This document shows positions 26,106-39,800 of a DNA stretch of 64,000 nt, in pieces. The notes under the pieces are model-generated. The model saw only the letters and a list, made by a program, of their open reading frames with translations, was not told where the DNA came from and searched no databases. This stretch comes from the human T2T-CHM13v2.0 reference genome, Homo sapiens. The stretch is taken from assembly GCF_009914755.1 (NCBI RefSeq), contig NC_060934.1. One strand, given 5' to 3'. The position numbers and the translations under genes are program-made. Each line of letters starts with the position of its first letter. The first letter of the stretch is position 1.

Positions 26106-29100
26106 AGACTGGGAGGAGCTGGCCCGGTGAAGTGGAGCCGGGGCTTGAGTCCCTGTGCACATCCCCAGCCAGCCCTCCCTGCCAAGCCTCAGGCATCTCT
26201 ATCCAGGTGCCATGGACGCAGCCTCCCCTTCCAGTCCTCTCCATCACAGGTGGCACCACCATCCTCCCAGCCTGGGCAGCTTCCATTCTGGGCACTCACC
26301 TGCTCGCCGGGCATCCTTTTCTGGGCTTCAGCCTGCACATCTCCAAATAGGGAGAGAAATGCCTGGCACCAAAGGACTGTGGTGGAGGTGGATGAGATTC
26401 CTAGGAGGGGCACAGAGCTGGAGAGGCTGTGGCTGTCACTATCATTGTCGTGGTTGTCACAGGCAGCATCCTCATTTATGAACCTGGTGCCATGTGTCTT
26501 CCTGCACAGAGGGAGCTCTCGGTGCAGGTCTGATGAGTGCCTGCTCAGACGAACCTCCCACCTCAGGACCACGAGGACAAGCCAGCACCTCCAGCAGCTG
26601 AGGGCTCCAGCCTGGGCCTCCTGATGTCTCTGTGATGCTGTTGCTGAAGGATGTTTGTGGCATGTGCCATGAGCCCCCAGAGTCTGCTCATCTGCGGGTG
26701 GCTGAGGCTGGATCTTCTGGGCATCCATTCACTGCTTTGGGCCATGGAGATGTGTGTGGGGGTGCTGGGGAGGTCATGATCCCAGCTTTGATGGGTGAGC
26801 AGGATCTCAGGTTGGAGGGAGGCTCAGGCTCACCTGGGCCTACCTTCTGCAAGTACAGAGGAGGTAGAAAACCCAGACGGCAGCCCAGGCACTGTCCAGA
26901 GGGCACAGCTGTCCTGTTCTCCCTGGCTCCAGGCACTGGTGGGAATGCTCGTTGAGGGAGTGTCTCAGACCTCCAGTCTCCTGGGGGAGGGACCAATCAG
27001 GGCATCGGGTCCCTGGGTGGACCAACATCCCTTCTTCAGAGCTTGACTCAGTCTGGAACAGCCATGCATGCAAGGGGCTTGGCAGAAGGGAGTCCTGGCG
27101 TAGACGGCGATCCATGCTGACTGCCTTCCTGGCTTCACCCTTTCCAAAGTCAGTGAGGGCTCCACCCCAACAGAATCCTCAGTTTCTTCCTGCTATTCTT
27201 CCACCTTTAGTTTTCTGCAAAGCCCATGCACAGTGAACCTCCTTCCAAACAAAAGTGAGTGCTTTGGGCACCCTGTCCCTGGGCTCTGTAGTTGGTCATG
27301 GGGCCACTGGGCCTCAGCTTGATTTCTGCAGAGACCCTGCTGCCACCTCACCCCCTGAGCAAGGAGCAGAGCTCCTAGAGGCACCTCCCAACCTCTGCTC
27401 TGCCTGGCCTGCTCTCGGAAAGGCAGGGAGGGGCCTTGGAAGAGGAGGATTAGGGCCTGCGTGGTGGAAGCATGACTTTGACCTTGTTCCTCTCGGGCCT
27501 GGGGCTGTGGGGAAGACAGCCCTCAGCGATTTCACCAGAGCCCCTTCCTCATCAGTGGCTGGGAAATAAAACAAGATGTGGGAGCTCCATGCTGTGGACC
27601 AGCAGAAGGCCCCTGTGAAATGGCCTCTGAACAACAGCCTTCCGGGTGGACCTGGAGTACCTTTTAGCTCAGAGGGTACTGATATTGGCACTTGAATGGC
27701 TTAAGACATGAAAACCAGACCTTTCTGAAAGACAGATTTGATGGAGCAGAAGGGAGTGGAGAGTGGGAATGCCTCGGCTCTGGAGTCAGGCTGGCAGGGC
27801 AGGACCCCAGCTACTCAACTTCTCAGGCCCTGCATTAAGCGTAACAAACACGCTGATAACTAGACGGCAACCGACACGTTGCTTGTTGAGAAGATTGCAC
27901 ACAGAGGGCTGTGAGCGCTGAGGACAGGGTTTAGCACAGGGTATCCATGGATCCACGCCCGTTATCCTCACTGTCTGCATCACCGTGACGCTCTCAGGCG
28001 GGGCGGCTCCTAAGGGAAGTGAATCTTTTGATTCTGAATGACAGCTCTCCAGCCTCACTTCAGTGGTGGAGTTTGGATTCAGTTCTTGCCTTTGGTCCCG
28101 GCTGCTGCCGGAACTCCTGGTCTGGGCTCCTGGCCCTGAGTCTGCTGGGCACAGGCTATTGGACCACTGATGGGCTGGTTTCCTTCCCGCAGTCTCTTGC
28201 TCTCTGCTCCTCCCTCTGGGAACACTTGTCCTCTCCTGCCTCCAAGTCCAGTTGCCTTTCACTTCTCCTATGTCCCTTCCTCTGGGGAGCCCCTCACTCC
28301 CCACTCTGCCTCCCTTATCCAGCTGCATGGCATCTCAGGCCACACTGTATCCGGGGGCACCAGGGGCCAGATGTCGTCATTGAGACTGGGTGTCCAGGAG
28401 ACTCCTCTTGGGTATCGCAGCTGCTGCAGGCCAGGCCACAGATTGCACGTGCCTTGGCTTCGTCCGGAGAGCTCTGCTCAGCGTCCACTGCTCAGTGTCC
28501 ACTGCCCAGTGTCCACACCCCAGCAAGCAAAGAAGATGGGGCAGTGGAAAGTGCATAATTAGTCTCCGCACCACTGGCTTCAAGCTAACACTCTGAACCA
28601 GGTATGACATCAACTCATCTCCAGGGGACAGCAAATGGCAGGAAGGAGATGGGGCTCTGCAGAGGCCGCCTGTCAGATGCAAACGTGAGCATAAGCTGAG
28701 CTCCTGCAGGGCGGCGTGGGCCCTAGAGGTAGTTTTCTTAGCCACAGGCTGGAAGCACTCCTTTTGGAGGCTCCCATCCTCAACACCAGTCCCTAGAGGG
28801 TTTAGGGGTCCACTCTGGGCCTAAACACTTGTTGTTTTTCTTTGCTACAAAGTCTGTGATTTCAGGGCTTGTTTGTATCTCTGATACACAAAGACATTCA
28901 CGGCAATGACGAGGGCATGGGACTGAGGGCTCAGAAATGGAAATGTCCCCTCTGATCCTGCAGCCACCAGCCCAGGTGATCCCTGAGGGCGGAGTTGCAG
29001 TGCGAGGCCCCAAGACACAAAGTCTCACAGAGCACAGAAAGCATGTGTCTTGATTACGTAGCAAAAACAGAAACGCTGCTGGCATGGTTCTGAGTGGACT

Positions 29101-30849
29101 GATGGCCGTGAGAAGTGCGGCAGCCCCTCTGGCCAGAGCGCTGTCTTTACCCCTCCGTGGTACATGGTCCGACGCCCGCAGCTGCCCCTGCCAGGTGCTG
29201 CTGTCACTGAGGGGTGGGACAGGGGTGGACCAGGTGGCCAGCCTCCCCTGCCAGTGGAGCCTGACCTTGGTCTCTCTGTCTTATTTTTCCGCTGCTCTTA
29301 CCTTCCCTCAGTTCCAACAATCTTTCAAGTCTTTTTTGCCACAATGGCTGTATGCATGGGCCTGTGAGTGTGTGTAATCAACAAAAAAACTCAAATGAAC
29401 CAAATAAAACAAAACTAATAGTCCGCTGTTCAAAAGATGGTTCAGATTTCACATCAGCGGCTGCTCTGCCAGCTTCTTTCTTAACTGGAATCCTGCTCAC
29501 GCGAGTCTGTGTCAGATTTTCCTGGCAATTTGGTGAAGCTATTAATGCATTAATTGAGATAAACACCCTGTCTAGCTGACGCATTTGGGAGGCTTATTAA
29601 GAACAGGAAGGAGTGTGTGCTGCTCTGTGGCTCTTCCCCCAAAGTGAGCTGAGCACTTCTTCCTTATGGAGAGGACGAAGGAAAGTTGATTAAATTATCC
29701 AAAGCCCTCATCAAAGAACCAGAAGCTTTCCGTCGGAGGCAAGAATGCTGGGTGTGCAGGTGCTTAAAAGCCACACGGAACAGGAGGAAGGCAGCTGATT
29801 CAAAGTGGTACAGACTTTGGCAGCTTTTAATGATGGGGATGGACTGGAACCCCATTGCTCAGCTGGACAAAGTGACCAATTAACTATGTAGGGTCTGGTG
29901 ACGAGGCCACCACACTTGGCTGCCATGGCTGTTATCTTAGGACTCAGCTCCCAGTTAACGTGTCCAAATATTGTGAGATAGATACACGGTTGAGATTAGT
30001 TGTGGGATAAAACAATATTTGATGCTTTTGGAGGCTGGGAAAATATTAACAGCAGGAGCTCTGTGATTTTAAAATTTCATTATAGAGGTTTCAGCTTTCT
30101 TTTCTCTTCCCCTAATCTTCTCTCCTTCTGCTGTGAAAAGCCGCACAAAATAATAATTAGGCTGATTGTATGAGCGTGGCTACTGGGGAGTTGGGGGGAG
30201 TCTGGGGACCAGGAGGCACAAAGCCAGGCAGGAGGGAGGCTGGGGGCGGCAGGAAGGGAGGGAAGACGTCAGCGGACTATAGGGTGATCTACAAAGAGGG
30301 CCTGGGCATGGGTGGGTTTTGTGATGAAACCAGCCTCATTCTCCCCGGTGGCCACAGTAGATGGTTCTATGGTCATCGGGCATCCGGCTGAGGATGGGCT
30401 GCACCTCAGGGGACACTCCTGTCCCTGTTTGTACAACCCTCTCAGGACAGGGGCTTGTGAGCTCCGAAGCAGCACATCCTTGTGCTCTCAGCCAGCTCAG
30501 CCACACAGGACTGTGGCACTGAGTCCTAGCTCATCTCCCCGCACTCATGAAGCCACATCCAGGGAACTCAAGGTCTCTAAATGCAAACAAGAGAATCTGA
30601 AGGTGACAAAGGCCTGTTCTGTCACCTGGTGCCTTCCCCTGTCAGAGGGAGCTGTTGCCTACAGTGTAATTTCTAGCTTATTCCCTGAGGCCATGACTGA
30701 AATACTGAGCCATGGCCCCAGGGAATCCATCCAGCTCTCTCAGAACAGGGACAGAGCTTGTCTGCTGCTGCAGGAGGGCTTGGTGGAGAGAAGGGAGGTG
30801 ATTTTAATAATGATCAGAACATGCCCCCTTCTTCGTGTGGGCTCCTCAC

Positions 30850-33800
30850 CTTCCTCCTCCATCATCCTCCCCTCTAGACTTCTCCTCCTCCCCCACCATC
30901 CTCCCCTCTAGACTTCTCCTCCTCCTCCCCATCCTCCCCTCTAGACTTTTCCTCCTCCTCCCCATCCTCCCCTCTAGACTTCTCCTCCTCCTCCCCATCC
31001 TCCCCTCTAGACTTCTCCTCCTCCTCCCCATCCTCCCCTCTAGACTACTCCTCCTCCTCCCCATCCTCCCCTCTAGACTTCTCCTCCTCCTCCCCATCCT
31101 CCCCTCTAGACTTCTCCTCCTCCTCCACCATCCTCCCCTCTAGACTTCTCCTCCTCCTCCACCATCCTCCCCTCTAGACTTCTCCTCCTCCTCCCCATCC
31201 TCCCCTCTAGATTTCTCCTCCTCCTCCACCATCCTCCCCTCTAGACTTCTCCTCCTCCTCCCCATCCTCCCCTCTAGACTTCTCCTCCTCCTTCACCATC
31301 CTCCCCTGTAGACTTCACCTCCTCCTCCCCATCTTCCCCTCTAGACTTCTCCTCCTCCTCCACCATCCTCCCCTCTAGACTTCTGCTCCTCCTAGCCATC
31401 TTCCCCTCTAGACTTCTCCTCCTCCTCCACCATCCTCCCCTCTAGACTTCTCCTCCTCCTCCACCATCCTCCCCTCTAGACTTCTCCTCCTCCTCCCCAT
31501 CCTCCCCTCTAGACTTCTCCTCCTCCTCCACCATCCTCCCCTCTAGACTTCTCCTCCTCCTCCACCATCCTCCCCTCTAGACTTCTCCTCCTCCTCCCCA
31601 TCCTCCCCTCTAGACTTCTCCTCCTCCTCCCCATCCTCCCCTCTAGACTTCTCCTCCTCCTCCCCATCCTCCCCTCTAGACTACTCCTCCTCCTCCACCA
31701 TCCTCCCCTCTAGATTTCTGCTCCTCCTCCCCATCCTCCCCTCTAGAATTCTCCTCCTCCTCCACCATCCTCCCCTCTAGACTTCTCCTCCTCCTCCACC
31801 ATCCTCCCCTCTAGACTTCTCCTCCTCCTCCCCATCCTCCCCTCTAGACTTCTCCTCCTCCTCCACCATCCTCCCCTCTAGACTTCTCCTCCTCCTCCAC
31901 CATCCTCCCCTCTAGACTTCTCCTCCTCCTCCCCATCTTCCCCTCTAGACTTCTCCTCCTCCTCCACCATCCTCCCCTCTAGACTTCTCCTCCTCCTCCC
32001 CATCCTCCCCTCTAGACTTCTCCTCCTCCTCCACCATCCTCCCCTCTAGACTTCTCCTCCTCCTCCACCATCCTCCCCTCTAGACTTCTCCTCCTCCTCC
32101 ACCATCCTCCCCTCTAGACTTCTCCTCCTCCTCCCCATCCTCCCCTCTAGACTTCTCCTCCTCCTCCCCATCCTCCCCTCTAGACTTCTCCTCCTCCTCC
32201 CCAACCTCCCCTCTAGACTTCTCCTCCTCCTCCACCATCCTCCCCTCTAGACTTCTCCTCCTCCTCCTCATCCTCCCCTCTAGACTTCTCCTCCTCCTCC
32301 ACCATCCTCCACTCTAGACTTCTCCTCCTCCTCCACCATCCTCCCCTCTAGACTTCTCCTCCTCCTCCCCATCCTCCCCTCTAGACTTCTCCTCCTCCTC
32401 CACCATCCTCCCCTCTAGACTTCTCCTCCTCCTCCACCATCCTCCCCTCTAGACTTCTCCTCCTCCTCCCCATCTTCCCCTCTAGACTTCTCCTCCTCCT
32501 CCACCATCCTCCCCTCTAGACTTCTCCGCCTCCTCCACCATCCTCCCCTCTAGACTTCTCCTCCTCCTCCCCATCCTCCCCTCTAGACTTCTCCTCCTCC
32601 TCCACCATCCTCCCCTCTAGACTTCTCCTCCTCCTCCACCATCCTCCCCTCTAGACTTCTCCTCCTCCTCCCCATCCTCCCCTCTAGACTTCTCCTCCTC
32701 CTCCACCATCCTCCCCTCTAGACTTCTCCTCCTCCTCCACCATCCTCCCCTCTAGACTTCTCCTCCTCCTCCACCATCCTCCCCTCTAGACTTCTCCTCC
32801 TCCTCCACCATCCTTTCCTCTAGACTTCTCCTCCTCCTCCCCATCCTCCCCTCTAGACTTCTCCTCCTCCTCCCCATCCTCCCCTCTAGACTTCTCCTCC
32901 TCCTCCACCATCCTCCCCTCTAGACTTCTCCTCCTCCTCCACCATCCTCCCCTCTACACTACTCCTCCTCCTCCACCATCCTCCCCTCTAGACTTCTCCT
33001 CCTCCTCCACCATCCTCCCCTCTAGACTTCTTCTCCTCCTCCCCATCCTCCCCTCTAGACTTCTCCTCCTCCTCCCCATCCTCCCCTCTAGACTTCTCCT
33101 CCTCCTCCCCATCCTCCCCTCTAGACTTCTCCTCCTCCTCCACCATCCTCCCCTCTAGACTTCTCCTCCTCCTCCACCATCCTCCCCTCTAGACTTCTCC
33201 TCCTCCTCCCCATCCTCCCCTCTAGACTTCTCCTCCTCCTCCCCATCCTCCCCTCTAGACTTCTCTTCCTCCTCCACCATCCTCCCCTCTAGACTTCTCC
33301 TCCTCCTCCACCATCCTCCCCTCTAGACTTCTCCTCCTCCTCCCCATCGTCCCCTCTAGACTTCTCCTCCTCCTCCACCATCCTCCCCTCTAGACTTCTC
33401 CTCCTCCTCCACCATCCTCCCCTCTAGACTTCTCCTCCTCCTCCACCATCCTCCCCTCTAGACTTCTCCTCCTCCTCCCCATCCTCCCCTCTAGACTTCT
33501 CCTCCTCCTCCACCATCCTCCCCTCTAGACTTCTCCTCCTCCTCCCCATCCTCCCCGCTAGACTTCTCCTCCTCCTCCACCATCCTCCCCTCTAGACTTC
33601 TCCTCCTCCTCCACCATCCTCCCCTCTAGACTTCTCCTCCTCCTCCCCATCCTCCCCTCTAGACTTCTCCTCCTCCTCCCCATCCTCCCCTCTAGACTTC
33701 TCTTCCTCCTCCACCATCCTCCCCTCTAGACTTCTCCTCCTCCTCCACCATCCTCCCCTCTAGACTTCTCCTCCTCCTCCCCATCGTCCCCTCTAGACTT

Positions 33801-36800
33801 CTCCTCCTCCTCCACCATCCTCCCCTCTAGACTTCTCCTCCTCCTCCACCATCCTCCCCTCTAGACTTCTCCTCCTCCTCCACAATCCTCCCCTCTAGAC
33901 TTCTCCTCCTCCTCCCCATCCTCCCCTCTAGACTTCTCCTCCTCCTCCACCATCCTCCCCTCTAGACTTCTCCTCCTCCTCCCCATCCTCCCCTCTAGAC
34001 TTCTCCTCCTCCTCCACCATCTTCCCCTCTAGACTTCTCCTCCTCCTCCACCATCCTCCCCTCTAGACTTCTCCTCCTCCTCCCCATCCTCCCCTCTAGA
34101 CTTCTCCTCCTCCTCCACCATCCTCCCCTCTAGACTTCTCCTCCTCCTCCACCATCCTCCGATCTAGGCTTCTCCTCCTCCTCCACCATCCTCCCCTCTA
34201 GACTTCTCCTCCTCCTCCACCATCCTCCCCTCTAGACTTCTCCTCCTCCTCACCATCCTCCCCTCTAGACTTCTCCTCCTCCTCTACCATCCTCCCGTCT
34301 AGACTTCTCCTCCTCCTCCACCATCCTCCCCTCTAGACTTCTCCTCCTCCTCCCCATCCTCCCCTCTAGACTTCTCCTCCTCCTCCCCATCCTCCCCTCT
34401 AGACTTCTCCTCCTCCTCACCATCCTCCCCTCTAGACTTCTCCTCCTCCTCCACCATCCTCCCCTCTAGACTTCTCCTCCTCCTCCACCATCCTCCCCTC
34501 TAGACTTCTCCTCCTCCTCCACCATCCTCCCCTCTAGACTTCTCCTCCTCCTCCACCATCCTCCCCTCTAGACTTCTCCTCCTCCTCCACCATCCTCCCC
34601 TCTAGACTTCTCCTCCTCCTCCCCATCCTCCCCTCTAGACTTCTCCTCCTCCTCCCCATCCTCCCCTCTAGACTTCTCCTCCTCCTCCCCATCCTCCCCT
34701 CTAGACTTCTCCTCCTCCTCCCCATCCTCCCCTCTAGACTTCTCCTCCTCCTCCACCATCCTCCCCTCTAGACTTCTCCTCCTCCTCCACCATCCTCCCC
34801 TCTAGACTTCCCCTCCTCCTCCACCATCCTCCCCTCTAGACTTCTCCTCCTCCTCCACCATTCTCCCCTCTAGACTTCTCCTCCTCCTCCCCATCCTCCC
34901 CTCTAGACTTCTCCTCCTCCTCCACCATCCTCCCCTCTAGACTTCTCCTCCTCCTCCCCATCCTCCCCTCTAGACTTCTCCTCCTCCTCCCCATCCTCCC
35001 CTCTAGACTTCTCCTCCTCCTCCCCATCCTCCCCTCTAGACTTCTCCTCCTCCTCCACCATCCTCCCCTCTAGACTTCTCCTCCTCCTCCACCATCCTCC
35101 CCTCTAGACTTCTCCTCCTCCTCCACCATCCTCCCCTCTAGACTTCTCCTCCTCCTCCACCATCCTCCCCTCTAGACTTCTCCTCCTCCTCCCCATCCTC
35201 CCCTCTAGACTTCTCCTCCTCCTCCACCATCCTCCCCTCTAGACTTCTCCTCCTCCTCCACCATCCTCCCCTCTAGACTTCTCCTCCTCCTCCACCATCC
35301 TCCCCTCTAGACTTCTCCTCCTCCTCCACCATCCTCCCCTCTAGACTTCCCCTCCTCCTCCACCATCCTCCCCTCTAGACTTCTCCTCCTCCTCCACCAT
35401 TCTCCCCTCTAGACTTCTCCTCCTCCTCCCCATCCTCCCCTCTAGACTTCTCCTCCTCCTCCACCATCCTCCCCTCTAGACTTCTCCTCCTCCTCCCCAT
35501 CCTCCCCTCTAGACTTCTCCTCCTCCTCCCCATCCTCCCCTCTAGACTTCTCCTCCTCCTCCCCATCCTCCCCTCTAGACTTCTCCTCCTCCTCCACCAT
35601 CCTCCCCTCTAGACTTCTCCTCCTCCTCCACCATCCTCCCCTCTAGACTTCTCCTCCTCCACCATCCTCCCCTCTAGACTTCTCCTCCTCCTCCCCATCC
35701 TCCCCTCTAGACTTCTCCTCCTCCTCCACCATCCTCCCCTCTAGACTTCTCCTTCTCCTCCGCCATCCTCCCCTCTAGACTTCTCCTCCTCCTCCCCATC
35801 CTCCCCTCTAGACTTCTCCTCCTCCTCCACCATCCTCCCCTCTAGACTTCTCCTCCTCCTCCCAATCCTCCCCTCTAGACTTCTCCTCCTCCTCCACCAT
35901 CCTCCCCTCTAGACTTCTCCTCCTCCTCCACCATCCTCCCCTCTAGACTTCTCCTCCTCCTCCCCATCTTCCCCTCTAGACTTCTCCTCCTCCTCCCCAT
36001 CCTCCCGTCTAGACTTCTCCTCCTCCTCCCCATCCACCCCTCTAGACTTCTCCTCCTCCTCCCCATCCTCCCCTCTAGACTTCTCCTCCTCCTCCCCATC
36101 CTCCCCTCTAGACTTCTCCTCCTCCTCCACATCCTCCCGTCTAGACTTCTCCTCCTCCTCCCCATCCTCCCCTCTAGACTTCTCCTCCTCCTCCACCATC
36201 TTCCCCTCTAGACTTCTCCTCCTCCTCCCCATCCTCCCCTCTAGACTTCTCCTCCTCCTCCACCATCTTCCCCTCTAGACTTCTCCTCCTCCTCCCCATC
36301 CTCCCCTCTAGACTTCTCCTCCTCCTCCCCATCCTCCCCTCTAGACTTCTCCTCCTCCTCCACCATCCTCCCCTCTAGACTTCTCCTCCTCCTCCACCAT
36401 CCTCCCCTCTAGACTTGTCCTCCTCCTCCACCATCCTCCCCTCTAGACTTCTCCTCCTCCTCCACCATCCTCCCCTCTAGACTTCTCCTCCTCCTCCACC
36501 ATCCTCCCCTCTAGGCTTCTCCTCCTCCTCCACCATCCTCCCCTCTAGGCTTCTCCTCCTCCTCCACCATCCTCCCCTCTAGACTTCTCCTCCTCCTCCA
36601 CCATCCTCCCCTCTAGACTTCTCCTCCTCCTCCACCATCCTCCCCTCTAGACTTCTCCTCCTCCTCCACCATCCTCCCCTCTAGACTTCTCCTCCTCCTC
36701 CACCATCCTCCCCTCTAGACTTCTCCTCCTCCTCCACCATCCTCCCCTCTAGACTTCTCCTCCTCCTCCACCATCCTCCCCTCTAGACTTCTCCTCCTCC

Positions 36801-39800
36801 TCCACCATCCTCCCCTCTAGACTTCTCCTCCTCCTCCACCATCCTCCCCTCTAGACTTCTCCTCCTCCTCCCCATCCTCCCCTCTAGACTTCTCCTCCTC
36901 CTCCCCATCCTCCCCTCTAGACTTCTCCTCCTCCTCCCCATCCTCCCCTCTAGACTTCTCCTCCTCCTCCACCATCCTCCCCTCTAGACTTCTCCTCCTC
37001 CTCCCCATCCTCCCCTCTAGACTTCTCCTCCTCCTCCCCATCCTCCCCTCTAGACTTCTCCTCCTCCTCCACCATCCTCCCCTCTAGACTTCTCCTCCTC
37101 CTCCCCATCCTCCCCTCTAGACTTCTCCTCCTCCTCCACCATCCTCCCCTCTAGACTTCTCCTCCTCCTCCCCATCCTCCCCTCTAGACTTCTCCTCCTC
37201 CTCCCCATCCTCCCCTCTAGACTTCTCCTCCTCCTCCCCATCCTCCCTTCTAGACTTCTCCTCCTCCTCCACCATCCTCCCCTCTAGACTTCTCCTCCTC
37301 CTCCACCATCCTCCCCTCTAGACTTCTCCTCCTCCTCCACCATCCTCCCCTCTAGACTTCTCCTCCTCCTCCACCATCCTCCCCTCTAGACTTCTCCTCC
37401 TCCTCCACCATCCTCCCCTCTAGGCTTCTCCTCCTCCTCCACCATCCTCCCCTCTAGCCTTCTCCTCCTCCTCCACCATCCTCCCCTCTAGACTTCTCCT
37501 CCTCCTCCACCATCCTCCCCTCTAGACTTCTCCTCCTCCTCCACCATCCTCCCCTCTAGACTTCTCCTCCTCCTCCACCATCCTCCCCTCTAGACTTCTC
37601 CTCCTCCTCCACCATCCTCCCCTCTCGACTTCTCCTCCTCCTCCACCATCCTCCCCTCTAGACTTCTCCTCCTCCTCCACCATCCTCCCCTCTAGACTTC
37701 TCCTCCTCCTCCACCATCCTCCCCTCTAGACTTCTCCTCCTCCTCCACCATCCTCCCCTCTAGACTTCTCCTCCTCCTCCCCATCCTCCCCTCTAGACTT
37801 CTCCTCCTCCTCCCCATCCTCCCCTCTAGACTTCTCCTCCTCCTCCCATCCTCCCCTCTAGACTTCTCCTCCTCCTCCACCATCCTCCCCTCTAGACTTC
37901 TCCTCCTCCTCCACCATCCTCCCCTCTAGACTTCTCCTCCTCCTCCCCATCCTCCCCTCTAGACTTCTCCTCCTCCTCCCCATCCTCCCCTCTAGACTTC
38001 TCCTCCTCCTCCCCATCCTCCCCTCTAGAGTTCTCCTCCTCCTCCCCATCCTCCCCTCTAGACTTCTCCTCCTCCTCCCCATCCTCCCCTCTAGACTTCT
38101 CCTCCTCCTCCCCATCCTCCCCTCTAGACTTCTCCTCCTCCTCCCCATCCTCCCCTCTAGACTTCTCCTCCTCCTCCACCATCCTCCCCTCTAGACTTCT
38201 CCTCCTCCTCTCCATCCTCCCCTCTAGACTTCTCGTCCTCCTCCCCATCCTCCCCTCTAGACTTCTCCTCCTCCTCCACCATCCTCACCTCTAGACTTCT
38301 CATCCTCCTCCACCATCCTCCCCTCTAGACTTCTCATCCTCCTCCCCATCCTCCCCTCTAGACTTCTCCTCCTCCTCCACCATCCTCCCCTCTAGACTTC
38401 TCCTCCTCCTCCACCATCCTCCCCTCTAGACTTCTCCTCCTCCTCACCATCCTCCCCTCTAGACTTCTCCTCCTCCTCCCCATCCTCCCCTCTAGACTTC
38501 TCCTCCTCCTCCCCATCCTCCCCTCTAGACTTCTCCTCCTCCTCCACCATCCTCCCCTCTAGACTTCTCCTCCTCCTCCCCATCCTCCCCTCTAGACTTC
38601 TCCTCCTCCTCCACCATCCTCCCCTCTAGACTTCTCCTCCTCCTCCACCATCTTCGCCTCTAGACTTCTCCTCCTCCTCCACCATCCTCCCCTCTAGACT
38701 TCTCCTCCTCCTCCCCATCCTCCCCTCTAGACTTCTCCTCCTCCTCCCCATCCTCCCCTCTAGACTTCTCCTCCTCCTCCACCATCCTCCCCTCTAGACT
38801 TCTCCTCCTCCTCCCCATCCTCCCCTCTAGACTTCTCCTCCTCCTCCACCATCCTCCCCTCTAGACTTCTCCTCCTCCTCCCCATCCTCCCCTCTAGACT
38901 TCTCCTCCTCCTCCCCATCCTCCCCTCTAGACTTCTCCTCCTCCTCCACCATCCTCCCCTCTAGACTTCTCCTCCTCCTCCCCATCCTCCCCTCTAGACT
39001 TCTCCTCCTCCTCACCATCCTCCCCTCTAGACTTCTCCTCCTCCTCCACCATCCTCCCCTCTAGACTTCTCCTCCTCCTCCCCATCCTCCCCTCTAGACT
39101 TCTCCTCCTCCTCCACCATCCTCCCCTCTAGACTTCTCCTCCTCCTCCACCATCCTCCCCTCTAGACTTCTCCACCTCCTCCCCATCCTCCCCTCTAGAC
39201 TTCTCCTCCTCCTCCCCATTCTCCCCTCTAGACTTCTCCTCCTCCTCCCCATCCTCCCCTCTAGACTTCTCCTCCTCCTCCACCATCCTCCCCTCTAGAC
39301 TTCTCCTCCTCCTCCCCATCCTCCCCTCTAGACTTCTCCTCCTCCTCCACCATCCTCCCCTCTAGACTTCTCCTCCTCCTCCACCATCCTCCCCTCTAGA
39401 CTTCTCCTCCTCCTCCCCATCCTCCCCTCTAGACTTCTCCTCCTCCTCCACCATCCTCCCCTCTAGACTTCTCCTCCTCGTCCCCATCCTCCCCTCTAGA
39501 CTTCTCCTCCTCCTCCCCATCCTCCCCTCTAGACTTCTCCTCCTCCTCCCCATCCTCCCCTCTAGACTTCTCCTCCTCCTCCACCATCCTCCCCTCTAGA
39601 CTTCTCCTCCTCCTCCCCATCCTCCCCTCTAGACTTCTCCTCCTCCTCCCCATCCTCCCCTCTAGACTTCTCCTCCTCCTCCACCATCCTCCCCTCTAGA
39701 CTTCACCTCCTCCTCCACCATCCTCCCCTCTAGACTTCTCCTCCTCCTCCCCATCCTCCCCTCTAGACTTCTCCTCCTCCTCCACCATCCTCCCCTCTAG

